Shown: in pieces, positions 30,111 to 41,077 of the stretch
Layout: each line of letters opens with the position of its first letter
Position numbering within the stretch: the first letter of the stretch is position 1
The notes under the pieces: model-generated
What the model was told of the DNA's origin: nothing
Databases searched by the model: none
The model's input: only the letters and a program-made list of their open reading frames with translations
Program-made: the position numbers and the translations under genes
Origin: Candidatus Methanomethylicia archaeon
Lineage (GTDB): Archaea > Thermoproteota > Methanomethylicia > Culexarchaeales > Culexarchaeaceae
Direction: 5' to 3'
Length of the DNA stretch: 64,000 nucleotides
NCBI GenBank assembly: GCA_038727515.1
Contig: JAVYVS010000002.1
Span: forward strand, 160,001-224,000

Positions 30111-31277
30111 ATGGTTACAAATCTTCCTCCACAAGCAAAGGTTTTGATGAGGGAGTATCAGGAAGCTAAAAGTCTACCTGAGAAAATATCTAAACTTGAA
30201 GCTTTGATTTCCGCAATTCCTGAGCATAAGGGTACTGAGAAACTTAGGAGGAATTTGAAACGTACTTTAGCTAGATTAAAATTAGAGTTGGAGGAGAGGG
30301 AGAAGAAGCGTGCTAAATCTTCAAGTGGTTTGAAATTTTCAGTTAAGAAGGAAGGTGCTGGTCAAATATTACTTGTTGGAAATACAATGAGTGGTAAAAG
30401 TTCAATATTATCATTGCTTACAAATGCTAAACCTAAAATTGGTTTTTCACCTTTTACAACTAAAACTCCCACTCCTGGAATGATGGAGTATATGGATGTA
30501 AAGATACAATTGGTGGAGGTTCCTGCAATTTGTATTGGTGCCCCTTGGATTAATCCTGCTTTAAGTTTATGTAGGAATGCTGATGGAATAATATTTGTTG
30601 TTGATGCTTCTTCTAAGGAGGCTATTAATGATTTAAAGTTTATTTTTGAGAAGTTTAAAGCTTCTAGGATAACTTTGAAGAAGCCTAATGTTAGAATTGA
30701 AATTGAACGTAGATCTTCTGGTGGTATACATGTATTTTGTATGGGTAATTTGAAGGATTGTGATAAAGATGATATTGTTGAATTACTTAGGAGTTATGGT
30801 TTAAGCAATGCTTTAATTAAAATTTGGGGTGATGCAAGTTTAAAGGATGTGGAAAATTATATTGATTCAAGTATCGTCTATAAGCCTTCAATTGTTATAG
30901 CTAATAAGATGGATCTTGAAGGCTCTCATGAAAACCTTAAGGTCATTGAGAAAGCTTTAAAGGATTTTATTAAGGTTATACCTTTATCCTGTGTAAATCC
31001 TCCAAAAGATCTATCTACTTTGAAATCTGAGATATATGGTCTACTAAATGTTATTAGGATTTATACTAAGGAGGTTGGAGGTGAAGTTTCTTCTAAACCT
31101 TTAGTTGTCCCTAAAGGTTTCCGCGTTATTGATGTTGCAAGATTGATACATAGCCAGTTATATGAGAATTTTAGCTATGCTAAAGTTTGGGGTTCTTCAG
31201 TTAAATTTAATGGTGAGAGGGTGGGTCCAGATCACGTTTTATGTGATGGCGATATCGTGGAAATAAGAACTAAATAA
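30111..31277 (+). CDS. OBG/DRG-family GTPase with TGS domain
   Basis: MVTNLP, HKGTEKL, GNTMSGKS, PFTT, NKMD, C-terminal TGS (AKVWGSSVKF...DGDIVEI). Confidence 0.85.
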   Translation: MVTNLPPQAKVLMREYQEAKSLPEKISKLEALISAIPEHKGTEKLRRNLKRTLARLKLELEEREKKRAKSSSGLKFSVKKEGAGQILLVGNTMSGKSSILSLLTNAKPKIGFSPFTTKTPTPGMMEYMDVKIQLVEVPAICIGAPWINPALSLCRNADGIIFVVDASSKEAINDLKFIFEKFKASRITLKKPNVRIEIERRSSGGIHVFCMGNLKDCDKDDIVELLRSYGLSNALIKIWGDASLKDVENYIDSSIVYKPSIVIANKMDLEGSHENLKVIEKALKDFIKVIPLSCVNPPKDLSTLKSEIYGLLNVIRIYTKEVGGEVSSKPLVVPKGFRVIDVARLIHSQLYENFSYAKVWGSSVKFNGERVGPDHVLCDGDIVEIRTK

Positions 31278-31282
31278 TCATT

Positions 31283-31471
31283 CTATTTACTCACGGCCTT
31301 TTTCATTTTAATATTCATGTATGCTGTTCCTAAACCTATAATTATGATATCTATCATCAGCATTTCTAAGTCTCCAATTATATTCCTAGAATTCAATAGG
31401 TATGTTATGAAGGGTGTTAGAAATATTATTAATGCTGTAAATGGTATGATTAACTCCTTTAGCATCTTCAT
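31283..31471 (-). CDS. Small two-TM membrane protein
   Basis: GGTGA RBS; two hydrophobic helices. Confidence 0.55.
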   Translation of the reverse strand: MKMLKELIIPFTALIIFLTPFITYLLNSRNIIGDLEMLMIDIIIIGLGTAYMNIKMKKAVSK

Positions 31472-31479
31472 TTAATCAC

Positions 31480-32049
31480 CTATCTATATAATGATGGTGG
31501 AGGAGTTTTTCCTTCATCACTTCTAAAAGTTTTTTCCTCTATTTTCTGAGGTTCACCCCACTTTATGTTTGGTATGTATACTAATGTATATTTTTGTTGT
31601 TCTACACTTACAACGTATATGTATAGTGTTGTATCTTTCTGTATTTCCTCCAGCTTCTCTCTTCTAAAGGCTGAAGGATATATTATTGCCATCTTCTTCT
31701 CTTCATCCATAGCTATTGCCATTAGAAATGCATATTCTCCCACTGTAAAGACGTTTATTTCATTTTTACCATATTTTCCCATATCAAGGTATTTGTGAAA
31801 TTCTGTGAAGGTATTATTGTCTGTGGATATCATTATTCCGAATGGTGAATTTTCATCAGCTCTACCTGTTGAAACCAGTATTGGATTTACTGTGAGTATA
31901 CTATAACCATCCTTTTTAAGAGCTTCATTTTTCTCTTGTACTTGCTTTATTAACATGTATCTTCCCAATTCAAAGTCTTTTATCATTTTTTGTGCATCAA
32001 TCTTCTTCTTCCTATGGAATATCCTCCCAAATATGCTCATTATATTCAC
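31480..32049 (-). CDS. Hypothetical protein with C-terminal HbYX-like tail
   Basis: 189-aa ORF; N-terminal SIFGRIFHRKKK; ends PPPSLYR. Confidence 0.7.
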   Translation of the reverse strand: MNIMSIFGRIFHRKKKIDAQKMIKDFELGRYMLIKQVQEKNEALKKDGYSILTVNPILVSTGRADENSPFGIMISTDNNTFTEFHKYLDMGKYGKNEINVFTVGEYAFLMAIAMDEEKKMAIIYPSAFRREKLEEIQKDTTLYIYVVSVEQQKYTLVYIPNIKWGEPQKIEEKTFRSDEGKTPPPSLYR

Positions 32050-32087
32050 TTCATCATCAAATTATATGGATATATTCAATTATAAAG

Positions 32088-32825
32088 TTAATTATTTTTT
32101 GCATTTAATTTTTCTTCAATTAATTTATTAGCTATCTCTATGAATCCATCTCCATAGGATTTGCTTGTTATTATCTTTGCAACTTTCTTCGCATTTTCAG
32201 AAGCATTTGCAACTGCCACCCCTATTCCTGCTTCCATGAGCATTTCTACATCTACATCACTATCTCCAATTGCCAATACACTATCTCTATCCAGATTTAG
32301 TATTTCCATAACTCTCTTTAGAGCTACCCCCTTATTCACCTTTTTATCTCCAATATGTATTGCTACTCCACTAAAAGTGATCTTTGCATTGGGTAGTTTT
32401 TCACTAATAATCTTTAAAGTTTTGTTGTATGCATATTCCCAATCAATATTTCCTCTACGTTTAAAGGAGTAATCTACAATTCTATATTCACATTGCCAAC
32501 TTTCAATCAATATATCATTTAACTCTTCTTTAACTATCCTTCTAGCTTCTTCACCTATCCTTTTATCTCCAAGAATTTCAATGTGATCTTCAAATCCTAT
32601 TACTGCACCATTTTCAGCTACAACTAAATCTATTCCACCTATATATCTTGCAAGCCCCATTAATACTGGATATGCATTTCCAGAGGCTAAAACTACTTTA
32701 ATTTTAAGTTTAGATTTTAATTCCCTCAATTTTTCCAATGCTTTTAAATCTAGTAATCCATTTTCATCGGTTATTGTTCCATCAATATCTACAACTATAC
32801 AATTTATTTTTGAAAACATACTCAT
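32088..32825 (-). CDS. HAD hydrolase, archaeal phosphoglycolate phosphatase type
   Basis: DIDGTIT, ASGN, AENG, NKG, GDSDVD, AVANA. Confidence 0.88.
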   Translation of the reverse strand: MSMFSKINCIVVDIDGTITDENGLLDLKALEKLRELKSKLKIKVVLASGNAYPVLMGLARYIGGIDLVVAENGAVIGFEDHIEILGDKRIGEEARRIVKEELNDILIESWQCEYRIVDYSFKRRGNIDWEYAYNKTLKIISEKLPNAKITFSGVAIHIGDKKVNKGVALKRVMEILNLDRDSVLAIGDSDVDVEMLMEAGIGVAVANASENAKKVAKIITSKSYGDGFIEIANKLIEEKLNAKNN

Positions 32826-34714
32826 TGTTTAATCCTCCAAATCATGATTTTTGACATGTATTCTGCAATTGGACAATTACTTTGACATTTACCACATCTT
32901 ATACATTTCTCATTATTTATAGAGGGATGATCTTCAATTTTTATTGATTGTGTAGGGCATACATATTCACATGAATTACATTTTACACAGTACATTCCTC
33001 TAAGTATAGCCTTTAGTATATTGGTCATGTATTCCTCAGCTTTTTCTTCACTTTCAGTTATAATAGTTATTTGTCCATTTGATGTTAGTGTTGCATTTGC
33101 TTCTTTCATATTTACAGTTAAAATATTTAGTTTCTTTGAATATTTTACTTCTCCAATTATTGGTAGAACATCCTTTATAGAATCTAAATTTATCTTTACA
33201 TCTAGTTTTGCTTCTACACTGTATTTTCCTTGACATGGACTGTGCCCTATAATTTCAATTATTTTTGTGGGTAGTCTTCTTGAATCTACTTCTTCAATTT
33301 CCATTTTCATTTCTTTTGCCAATTTTCTCTGATCTCCTGGGATTTTAATCCATCTCCATAATCCCATATCAACCCATTCTCTACTATACCCTCTTTTCAT
33401 AGCCCATTCATACAGTTTATTTTCCCATTCACTCCATAGTTCTGGATGTACTTCTTTTACCAATTTAAATTCTGCAAGTTCACATGATGGACATAGCCAG
33501 CATCCAAGTCTATCAAATCCAATTTGGTATAGTGGGTTTGGATCTATTTTACTCCAAAATATGTATAGCCATACATGTAATGCAGACCAATCCATTATTG
33601 GACTTGCATTTATTGAATCTGGAAGCCATTTATTCTTCCATATACTTTGAGATTTAGCTCTAGTTAGAGATTCATATTTCCTTTGACCAACCAAGGTTAG
33701 TGAACCATTTGGATATTCATTTTTCATGGTTTTTAGTATTGGAATTAATTTACACATTTTACAACACCATCTATAATCTCTTGCAGGCGGTCCAAATATG
33801 TCCAAGGATTCCCAGAACGATTTTCCTGCATCTGCTTTTATCAATTCTATTCCTAATTTCTTTGAGATTTCATCTACATAACTTACTGTTTCAGGTAGTT
33901 CTAAACCTGTATCATTGAACAACATTTTCCCATCTGCTCCAGCCTGTATTGAGAGTATTAGTGTTGCTAAACTATCTTTACCACCTGAAAATGATATGCA
34001 AATCGGTTTATCATAATCTTTAGATACTTTAGATATGAATGCTATAGATCTCTTCTCTAAATTTTCTAGAGCATTTATATTTGCCTTTATGGCTTTTTGA
34101 ATATTTGATTTCTCCCTTATTATATGTGTGGTTTGAGGTTCCCATGCCTTTATAACTTTTATTTGATTGCCAATATATTCTCCTACACCTATGGATTTCC
34201 CTTCTTGTGTTCCAATAACTATGATTTTCCCCTCTTGATCTGGTATTTCCCCATCAATTACTTCTGATAAGCTTATTCTATCCCACTTTTCAATTCTACG
34301 CCTCTTAATTATACACCAGTATCCGGAGGCATTTGCAATTATCCTTGCAGATCCCTCTTCTACTGGTTTAAATCTCCATACTCCAATTTTTGGATTAAAG
34401 TATATTTGGCCTATTACTCTACCATCAATTATGATTTCATCAGCTTGATCTACGTGTGGTATCTTATTCAATAACACTATTTTATCCCTTTCAATTAATG
34501 TTTTTACAGCTTTTTCATCTTTAAATTCTCGTAGTATGGCTTTAATTATTCTCTTTATATCTTCTTGGAATGCTGGTCTAGCATCTATTGGTGGTGTTGC
34601 ATTTAATCTTCTACCAATTTCACCACATATTTCACATTTTGGAGTTATGAGTGGAACATTACAATTCTTACACCAATATATCTCTGCTTTTTCACGCCAT
34701 ATTCGATTCTTCAT
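32822..34714 (-). CDS. PAPS-reductase-family protein with N-terminal Zn finger and C-terminal 2x[4Fe-4S] ferredoxin domain
   Basis: WCKNCNVP, SFSGGKDS, RWCCKMCK, RLGCWLCP, CVKCNSCEYVCP/CIRCGKCQSNCP. Confidence 0.88.
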   Translation of the reverse strand: MKNRIWREKAEIYWCKNCNVPLITPKCEICGEIGRRLNATPPIDARPAFQEDIKRIIKAILREFKDEKAVKTLIERDKIVLLNKIPHVDQADEIIIDGRVIGQIYFNPKIGVWRFKPVEEGSARIIANASGYWCIIKRRRIEKWDRISLSEVIDGEIPDQEGKIIVIGTQEGKSIGVGEYIGNQIKVIKAWEPQTTHIIREKSNIQKAIKANINALENLEKRSIAFISKVSKDYDKPICISFSGGKDSLATLILSIQAGADGKMLFNDTGLELPETVSYVDEISKKLGIELIKADAGKSFWESLDIFGPPARDYRWCCKMCKLIPILKTMKNEYPNGSLTLVGQRKYESLTRAKSQSIWKNKWLPDSINASPIMDWSALHVWLYIFWSKIDPNPLYQIGFDRLGCWLCPSCELAEFKLVKEVHPELWSEWENKLYEWAMKRGYSREWVDMGLWRWIKIPGDQRKLAKEMKMEIEEVDSRRLPTKIIEIIGHSPCQGKYSVEAKLDVKINLDSIKDVLPIIGEVKYSKKLNILTVNMKEANATLTSNGQITIITESEEKAEEYMTNILKAILRGMYCVKCNSCEYVCPTQSIKIEDHPSINNEKCIRCGKCQSNCPIAEYMSKIMIWRIKQ

Positions 34715-34840
34715 TCTCCTTATACTCCAGATAATTTATTGTTTATCTAATATTTGAATTGTAATTTATCAATTGTTTTTGACTATTTTATCTAGGTTTT
34801 TAGTGTTAAATTTATGGTTTGTTTATGAGTTCATTTAAGT

Positions 34841-36082
34841 CTATTTCTTTTCATAGTATTTTAAAACCTTCTTTACTGCTTTAACTGTTTCTATGGTTTC
34901 ATCATCTGTTAATGATGGTTGTGTTGGTAAGGTTAATACCCTTTCACTAACATATTCTGCATTTGGACACATGCCCTTTCCATACCTTATAGTTTTATTA
35001 TAGTATTGACATTTCCATGGGCATCCCCTTCCATGTCCAATTAAATCTCTAAATATTGGCTCCATGTATAATGGTGTTGGATATGCTACTGATACATAGA
35101 CATTCTCCCTTCTTATGGCTTCATATATTTCATCTCTACTTTTACACAATCTCTCTATTTCTAGTAATATGTTATATATATGCCATACATGTTTAACATA
35201 TTTCTTCTCCATTGGCTTCTTTACAAGTTCAAATCCATTTAATTCATCATTATATATTTTGACTATTTCTCTCCTCCTCTCATTCAATTCTTCTATTCTC
35301 TTCAATTGTAGTAGTCCAATAGCTGCTTGTATTTCCGTCATTCTATAGTTGTATCCCAATGTTATATAGTGATATCTAGATATTTCTCCATGACTTCTCA
35401 TCAATCTAATTTTTTCAGCTAATTCATCATTATTTGTTGTAACCATTCCTCCCTCTCCAGTCGTTATATTTTTGCTAATGTAGAAGCTAAAGGCATTTAT
35501 ATCCCCTATACTTCCAACCTTTAAACCTCTATATTCAGCTCCAATTGCTTGTGCGCAATCTTCTATTAATACAATATTTCTTTCATTGCATATCTTCCTT
35601 ATTTCATCTAATTCTGCTGGTTGCCCACATAGATGTACTGCTATAACAGCCTTAGTTTTCTCATTTATTAACTTCTCTATACTCATTGGATCTATATTAT
35701 AATCTTCAATGTTTATATCTGCGAAGATCGGTATTGCATTTTGATGTATTATTGTTGATGCAGTTGCTATGAATGTGAAGGGTGTTGTTATAACTTCATC
35801 TCCAGGCCCTATTCCAGCTGCTCTTAGAGATAAATGTAATGCAGTAGTCCCATTGGATACTGCTATTGCATGTTTAACATTAATGTAATTCTTAAATTCT
35901 TCTTCAAATTCTCTTATCTTACTTCCTACACTCATAGTCCATCTTCCGCTTTTTAGAACTTTTACAATCTCATTTATTTCTTCATCAGTTAATTCTGGTA
36001 GAGCCATTATTGGTTTACTTCTAATGGGTTTTCCACCTTCTATGGCAGGTTTTTCTAATTCATACATTGATATCACTTTCAC
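34841..36082 (-). CDS. DegT/DnrJ/EryC1/StrS PLP aminotransferase
   Basis: SNGTTALH, EDCAQA, SFYISKNITTGEGG, GYNYRM. Confidence 0.92.
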   Translation of the reverse strand: MKVISMYELEKPAIEGGKPIRSKPIMALPELTDEEINEIVKVLKSGRWTMSVGSKIREFEEEFKNYINVKHAIAVSNGTTALHLSLRAAGIGPGDEVITTPFTFIATASTIIHQNAIPIFADINIEDYNIDPMSIEKLINEKTKAVIAVHLCGQPAELDEIRKICNERNIVLIEDCAQAIGAEYRGLKVGSIGDINAFSFYISKNITTGEGGMVTTNNDELAEKIRLMRSHGEISRYHYITLGYNYRMTEIQAAIGLLQLKRIEELNERRREIVKIYNDELNGFELVKKPMEKKYVKHVWHIYNILLEIERLCKSRDEIYEAIRRENVYVSVAYPTPLYMEPIFRDLIGHGRGCPWKCQYYNKTIRYGKGMCPNAEYVSERVLTLPTQPSLTDDETIETVKAVKKVLKYYEKK

Positions 36083-36183
36083 TAATATTTACTCTATTTC
36101 AGTTTATAACCTTTTTGACCTTATATTCCTAGGTTCTAATTTATAATTAAAATTATGGTTATTGTGTTATGTAAGATTTGATT

Positions 36184-36642
36184 TTATGATTCAATTCTAA
36201 AGTTTTCTTTTACTACACTTAATGCTATGCTTGTAACTGTTCTCTTTACATGTGGTATTGTTAATATTTCTTTTATTAGTTTATTTAAGTGTTCTCTATC
36301 CCTTAATTTTGCTATTACAGTTATATCAAATTCTCCAGTTACATCATATACACTCATATTTTCATCATATTTCGCAAGTATTTTTTCAATTTCAATTATA
36401 TGTGGGCCTTCAACTTGTAGCATTATTATTGCTGTTAAATCATAACCCATCTTTGAATAATCTATATCTACTGTGTATCTTCTTATAACTCCCTCTTCCT
36501 CTAATCTCTTTATCCTATTATATACTGTTCCAACTGATAGATTCATGGATTTCGCTATTTCTTTATATGTAATTTTAGAATTTTCTTTTAACATTCTTAA
36601 TATTTCCATGTCTATTTCATCAAATTTAACTTCTTTTTTCAT
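36184..36642 (-). CDS. Lrp/AsnC transcriptional regulator
   Basis: DEIDMEILRML...TVYNRIKRLEEEGVI; YDVTGEFD. Confidence 0.92.
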   Translation of the reverse strand: MKKEVKFDEIDMEILRMLKENSKITYKEIAKSMNLSVGTVYNRIKRLEEEGVIRRYTVDIDYSKMGYDLTAIIMLQVEGPHIIEIEKILAKYDENMSVYDVTGEFDITVIAKLRDREHLNKLIKEILTIPHVKRTVTSIALSVVKENFRIES

Positions 36643-37946
36643 TATGCCTTCACCAAATACCTATTTATCTCCCAATCAGTTATATCTTCATCATTTAACT
36701 TATTGTTTAATATATAGTTTAGATATTCCCTCCATTCTTCCCTCTTCATCTTTACAATTTCATTATGTAGTTCCTCACCTAAAATTTCCATTGTCAATTT
36801 ACTATTCTCAAATATACTTAATGCTTCTCCAAGATTTGATGGTACTTCAGTGTATTTCCCACTGATTTTATATGCGTTTTCTCTACATGGCTCTCCAGGA
36901 TCTATTTTATTTATTATTCCATTTACTGTTGATACCATTACTGCCATTATCGCTAGGTATGGATTGCATGAAGGATCTGGATGTCTATATTCTATTCTAC
37001 ATGTTTCTTCGTCTATTGCTATTGGAACTCTTATTAATGCTGATCTATTACCATAACCCCAACAAATCTTGTTTGGGGCTTCATAATTGGGTTTTAATCT
37101 TTTATATGAATTTACTGTTGGTGCTACTAGTATTGAAATTTCTTTAGAGCTTTTTAGTATTCCTCCTATAGCGTATAGTGCTTCTTGACTTATGTTATCC
37201 TTGGATTTATCGTAAAAAATGTTTCCTTCTTCATTTAATAGACTTATATGGATGTGCATTCCACTTCCATTCATATTTTTAAATGGTTTCGGCATGAATG
37301 TAGCTTCAAATCCATATTTCCTGACAATATCTTTCGTGACCATTTTTGCTATTACAATATTGTCTGCTGTTGTTAGTGGGTTTGAAGCTTTTATTGAATA
37401 TTCATATTGTCCTTCAGCAACTTCGTGGTGTGTTTTTTCTAATTCTATGCCAATTCTATTTAATTTCTCCATTATCTTCAATTGTATTTTCTCTGATTTA
37501 GTATATGGTGCTACTTCAAAATATTGATCTTTATCAAATGTTTCCAAACCATTCTTCTTCCTTCTTATTATGAAGTATTCTATTTCTACCCCAATTTTAA
37601 ATTTCCAATTTTGTTTTTCAAATTTTAGAATGTATTCCTTTAATTTGACTCTAGGATTCTTTTGATATGGTTCTCCATTAGTTTTTTCTACGTCGCATAT
37701 CACTATTTCCATGGTTCTTCCCCCTACGTTTATAGTTTTTATGGTTCTTGGATCTGGTTTCGCTATTAAATCGCTTTCTTCAACTTTTGCATGCCCCTTT
37801 ATTGAAGATCCATCAAAACATATTTTGTTATAGGTTGATATATTGCCCCTTAATATTAGTCCTCTAGGTTTTCCCTCTATGTCTATTATTAATGGTTTGA
37901 AATATCTTCCTTTTCCTTCTTCAATTTTATTTAATTTTTCAAGCAC
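36642..37946 (-). CDS. glnA: Glutamine synthetase type I family
   Basis: FDGSSI, EIEYF, HHEVAEGQYE, TFMPKP, NGSGMHIH, NSYKRL, NRSALIRVP, RIEYRHPD. Confidence 0.88.
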   Translation of the reverse strand: MLEKLNKIEEGKGRYFKPLIIDIEGKPRGLILRGNISTYNKICFDGSSIKGHAKVEESDLIAKPDPRTIKTINVGGRTMEIVICDVEKTNGEPYQKNPRVKLKEYILKFEKQNWKFKIGVEIEYFIIRRKKNGLETFDKDQYFEVAPYTKSEKIQLKIMEKLNRIGIELEKTHHEVAEGQYEYSIKASNPLTTADNIVIAKMVTKDIVRKYGFEATFMPKPFKNMNGSGMHIHISLLNEEGNIFYDKSKDNISQEALYAIGGILKSSKEISILVAPTVNSYKRLKPNYEAPNKICWGYGNRSALIRVPIAIDEETCRIEYRHPDPSCNPYLAIMAVMVSTVNGIINKIDPGEPCRENAYKISGKYTEVPSNLGEALSIFENSKLTMEILGEELHNEIVKMKREEWREYLNYILNNKLNDEDITDWEINRYLVKA

Positions 37947-38085
37947 AAATTATTTGTTGGTTCATTTAATTTAAGGTTTTTCATTTATTTTTTTCATTTT
38001 TCTCTTTTGGTTGGTGAATATATTTCATTTACCTTATCATTTTGTATGGTTACTTCCATTTTTATTGTTAAATCTTTTTTAAATG

Positions 38086-38448
38086 TTATTTTCTAGTTAT
38101 TCTTGGCTCTATTTCGAGTATTATCTTTTTCAAACCTTTGATGGTTACTTTACCTCCTTCTTCAATAACTTCTTCTCTTTCTGGAATTATTATTTTACCT
38201 TTGTACATGCCGCTTGGATTGTTTAAATAGAAAACTTGTAGTGTTAGTATAGCTATATTTAATTTTTTAGTTCCATATTCCATTAATAATTCTTTTATTT
38301 CTCCTAGGGATATTCCAGTTCTCTTTTGTAGAGATTTCATGATTTCATCTGGATTTTCATCCATAACTTCAAGTATATCACTTATATTTAGATCATGTTC
38401 CTTTAAGAAATCTTTTAATGCATCTCTCAACCTTATATACATCTTCAA
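38086..38448 (-). CDS. Hypothetical protein
   Basis: 120-aa ORF downstream of folD on the same strand. Confidence 0.6.
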   Translation of the reverse strand: MKMYIRLRDALKDFLKEHDLNISDILEVMDENPDEIMKSLQKRTGISLGEIKELLMEYGTKKLNIAILTLQVFYLNNPSGMYKGKIIIPEREEVIEEGGKVTIKGLKKIILEIEPRITRK

Positions 38449-38475
38449 AATAAGTAAAAATAATTTGGGTTTTAT

Positions 38476-39339
38476 TTATTCTTTGTTTATTTTACTTTGG
38501 ATCTTGACTGCTTTTACTAGGTTTTTCATTAGTATTGCTATTATCATTGGTCCAACTCCCCCCGGCACTGGTGCTATTGCTGATGCTTTTGCTGATACTT
38601 CATCCATTTTTACATCCCCCACTAATTTATCCCCTATGTAATTGAATCCACAATCTACAACCACTACCCCTTCTTTAACCATTTCTCCAGTTATTGCTTG
38701 AGGTTTTGCTATATCCACTATTAATATGTCTGCATCTTTTGTGTATTTTGTTAAGTTTGGTGAATTGTATTCGCAAAGTGTTACATCTGCGCCTTCATTC
38801 AATAGTAATGCTGCTAATGGTTTTCCAGTTAGATCCGTTACTCCCACTATTACTGCATGTTTACCATTAACTTTTACTCCATACTCCTTAAATAATTCCA
38901 TGATTCCCTCAGCTGCAGGCGATACTAAGCATTCCTCTTTTAAATATAGTTTTCCAATGTTTATTGGATGTATTCCATCTATATCTTTTTCAGGTTTTAT
39001 TGTTCTTAAAATCTTCTTTTCATCTATATGTTTTGGTAGTGGTAGTTGAACTACTATTCCATGAACATTTACATCTTCATTTAATTTCTCTATTACTTTT
39101 AATAATTCTTCTTCACTTACATCCTCTGGTAGGTTTATTATTTCTGATTCCATTCCAAGCCTCTTTGCTCTTCTAGCTTTCATATTAACATATGATGTGG
39201 AAGCTGGGTCTTTTCCAACTAATACTAGAGTTATTTTTGGTGTTAACCCCTTTTCCACGAGTTTTTTAACTTCTAATTTTAGTTCTTCAAATATTTTATT
39301 TGATAATGTATTTCCATCTAGTATTATTGGATTTTCCAT
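38476..39339 (-). CDS. folD: FolD-family protein (cyclohydrolase motifs intact, NADP-binding motifs degenerate)
   Basis: YVNMK, VQLPLP, KDIDG, GDV, PVPGGVGP; GVTDLTGKP in place of GRSxxVGxP. Confidence 0.88.
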   Translation of the reverse strand: MENPIILDGNTLSNKIFEELKLEVKKLVEKGLTPKITLVLVGKDPASTSYVNMKARRAKRLGMESEIINLPEDVSEEELLKVIEKLNEDVNVHGIVVQLPLPKHIDEKKILRTIKPEKDIDGIHPINIGKLYLKEECLVSPAAEGIMELFKEYGVKVNGKHAVIVGVTDLTGKPLAALLLNEGADVTLCEYNSPNLTKYTKDADILIVDIAKPQAITGEMVKEGVVVVDCGFNYIGDKLVGDVKMDEVSAKASAIAPVPGGVGPMIIAILMKNLVKAVKIQSKINKE

Positions 39340-41001
39340 TTATCTTACCCCTATTATTTCTCCTGTTTCTGGGTCTAAATCTATATTTTCTGCTGCTGGT
39401 TCTGTGGGTAATGCTGGTAGTGTGCTTATTTCCCCACAATATGCTACTAAGAATCCTGCTCCTGCAAATACTTTTACATCTGTTACTGTTATTTTGAATC
39501 CTCTTGGTCTTCCAATTAATTTTGGATTATCTGTTAGTGACAATGGTGTTTTCGCCATATTTACTGGTAGATTTGCATATCCCCATCTAGTTATTCTTCT
39601 AATACTTGTTTTTGCTTCATCTGTGAATATTACATCATCTGCTCCATACATCTCTCTAGCTATTATCCTTATCTTCTCTTCTATTGGTATGTTTAAGTCA
39701 TATAGTGGTTTAAATTCAGATTTTCTATTTTTAATGGTTTCTAAAATGGTATTTGCCAGTTCTATTCCTCCTTCTCCACCCTTTGCATACACTTCTGATA
39801 ATGCTACTGGTACATCCCTCTGTCTACACCAATCCATTACATACTTTATTTCTTCCTCTGAATCACCTTCAAATTTATTTATTGCCACTACTGCTGGCAC
39901 TCCAAATTTCAATACGTTTTCTACATGTTTTTCAAGGTTTTCTATACCCTTTTTCACTGCTTCTAGATTTGGATTTGTATGATCTTTTGCTCCTCCATGC
40001 TCTCTTAAAGCTCTTATACTAACAACTATTACTCCAACATCTGGTTTTAATCCTCCTATACGACATGGTATATCACAGAATTTCTCAAATCCAAGGTCTG
40101 ATCCAAATCCTGCTTCAACTATTACGTAATCTGCAATTTTAAGTGCCATTTTTATTGATATTAGACTTGGTGATCCATGGGCTACATTTGCAAATGGAAT
40201 TCCATGTACGAATGCAGGTGTCCCCTCCATTGTTTGAACTAAGTTTGGTTTTAAAGAATCTCTCATTATTGCAGCCATGCATCCAGCACATTTAATGTCG
40301 TTTGCTTTAACGAGTTTCCCATCCTTACTTAAAGCTACAAGTATATTTCCGAGTCTCTCCTTTAAATCTCTATAGTTACATGCTAATGCATGTATAGCTG
40401 CTGTTTCACATGCTGTTGTTATTTCAAATCCTGTTTCCCTCGGTATTCCCCCCTCTTTTCCACCTAAACCTATAACTATATTTCTTAAGGGTCTATCCTC
40501 CATGTCTTGTACTCTCTTTATGAATATGTTATGTATATCTATTTGTGGTTCCTTCCCCCTGTATATGTGGTTATCTAACATGGCATTCATTAAGTGGTGA
40601 GCCATGGTTATTGCATGTGTATCTCCTGTGAAATGTAGATTTATTTCTTCCATGGGTAATATTTGTGATCTTCCTCCACCAGTGGCTCCACCCTTTATTC
40701 CAAAGGTTACTCCCATGGAGGGTTGTCTAACAACAACTATATTTTTTAAATTCATTTTCCACATGGCTTGCCCTAATCCTATTGCAGTTGTTGTTTTCCC
40801 CTCTCCAGCTTTTGTTGGAGTTATTGCTGTTATCACGATTAGTTTTCCATCTGGTTTATCCTTATTTCTCTCATAAACATGTAATTTCACTTTTGCCTTA
40901 TAATCTCCATACAATTCTATATCTTCACGTTTCAAACCTATTTTTTCAGCTACTTCTGTTATGGGTTTTAAATTGATTTTCTGACTCATCTCTATCACCA
41001 C
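39340..41001 (-). CDS. fhs: Formate--tetrahydrofolate ligase
   Basis: TPTKAGEGKTT, GIKGGATGGG, NLHFTGD, PFANVAHG, EAGFGSDLG, AGAGF. Confidence 0.95.
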   Translation of the reverse strand: MVIEMSQKINLKPITEVAEKIGLKREDIELYGDYKAKVKLHVYERNKDKPDGKLIVITAITPTKAGEGKTTTAIGLGQAMWKMNLKNIVVVRQPSMGVTFGIKGGATGGGRSQILPMEEINLHFTGDTHAITMAHHLMNAMLDNHIYRGKEPQIDIHNIFIKRVQDMEDRPLRNIVIGLGGKEGGIPRETGFEITTACETAAIHALACNYRDLKERLGNILVALSKDGKLVKANDIKCAGCMAAIMRDSLKPNLVQTMEGTPAFVHGIPFANVAHGSPSLISIKMALKIADYVIVEAGFGSDLGFEKFCDIPCRIGGLKPDVGVIVVSIRALREHGGAKDHTNPNLEAVKKGIENLEKHVENVLKFGVPAVVAINKFEGDSEEEIKYVMDWCRQRDVPVALSEVYAKGGEGGIELANTILETIKNRKSEFKPLYDLNIPIEEKIRIIAREMYGADDVIFTDEAKTSIRRITRWGYANLPVNMAKTPLSLTDNPKLIGRPRGFKITVTDVKVFAGAGFLVAYCGEISTLPALPTEPAAENIDLDPETGEIIGVR

Positions 41002-41077
41002 TACTAATGTTCTTACTACCTTATTGTTGTGATTACATATATAAAGTTAAGGCAGTAGATATTTTGTGGTGTTTTAT

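Noticed and set aside
30111-31277. G3 motif EVPA instead of DxxG in the DRG-like GTPase
   Set aside because: I recall such variants in archaeal DRG paralogues; not enough support for a separate claim
39197-39982. 261-aa plus-strand ORF and many other antisense or overlapping ORFs (e.g. 20577-21044, 23395-23835, 52610-53059)
   Set aside because: Shadows of well-supported genes on the other strand or frame; low-complexity translations with no motifs
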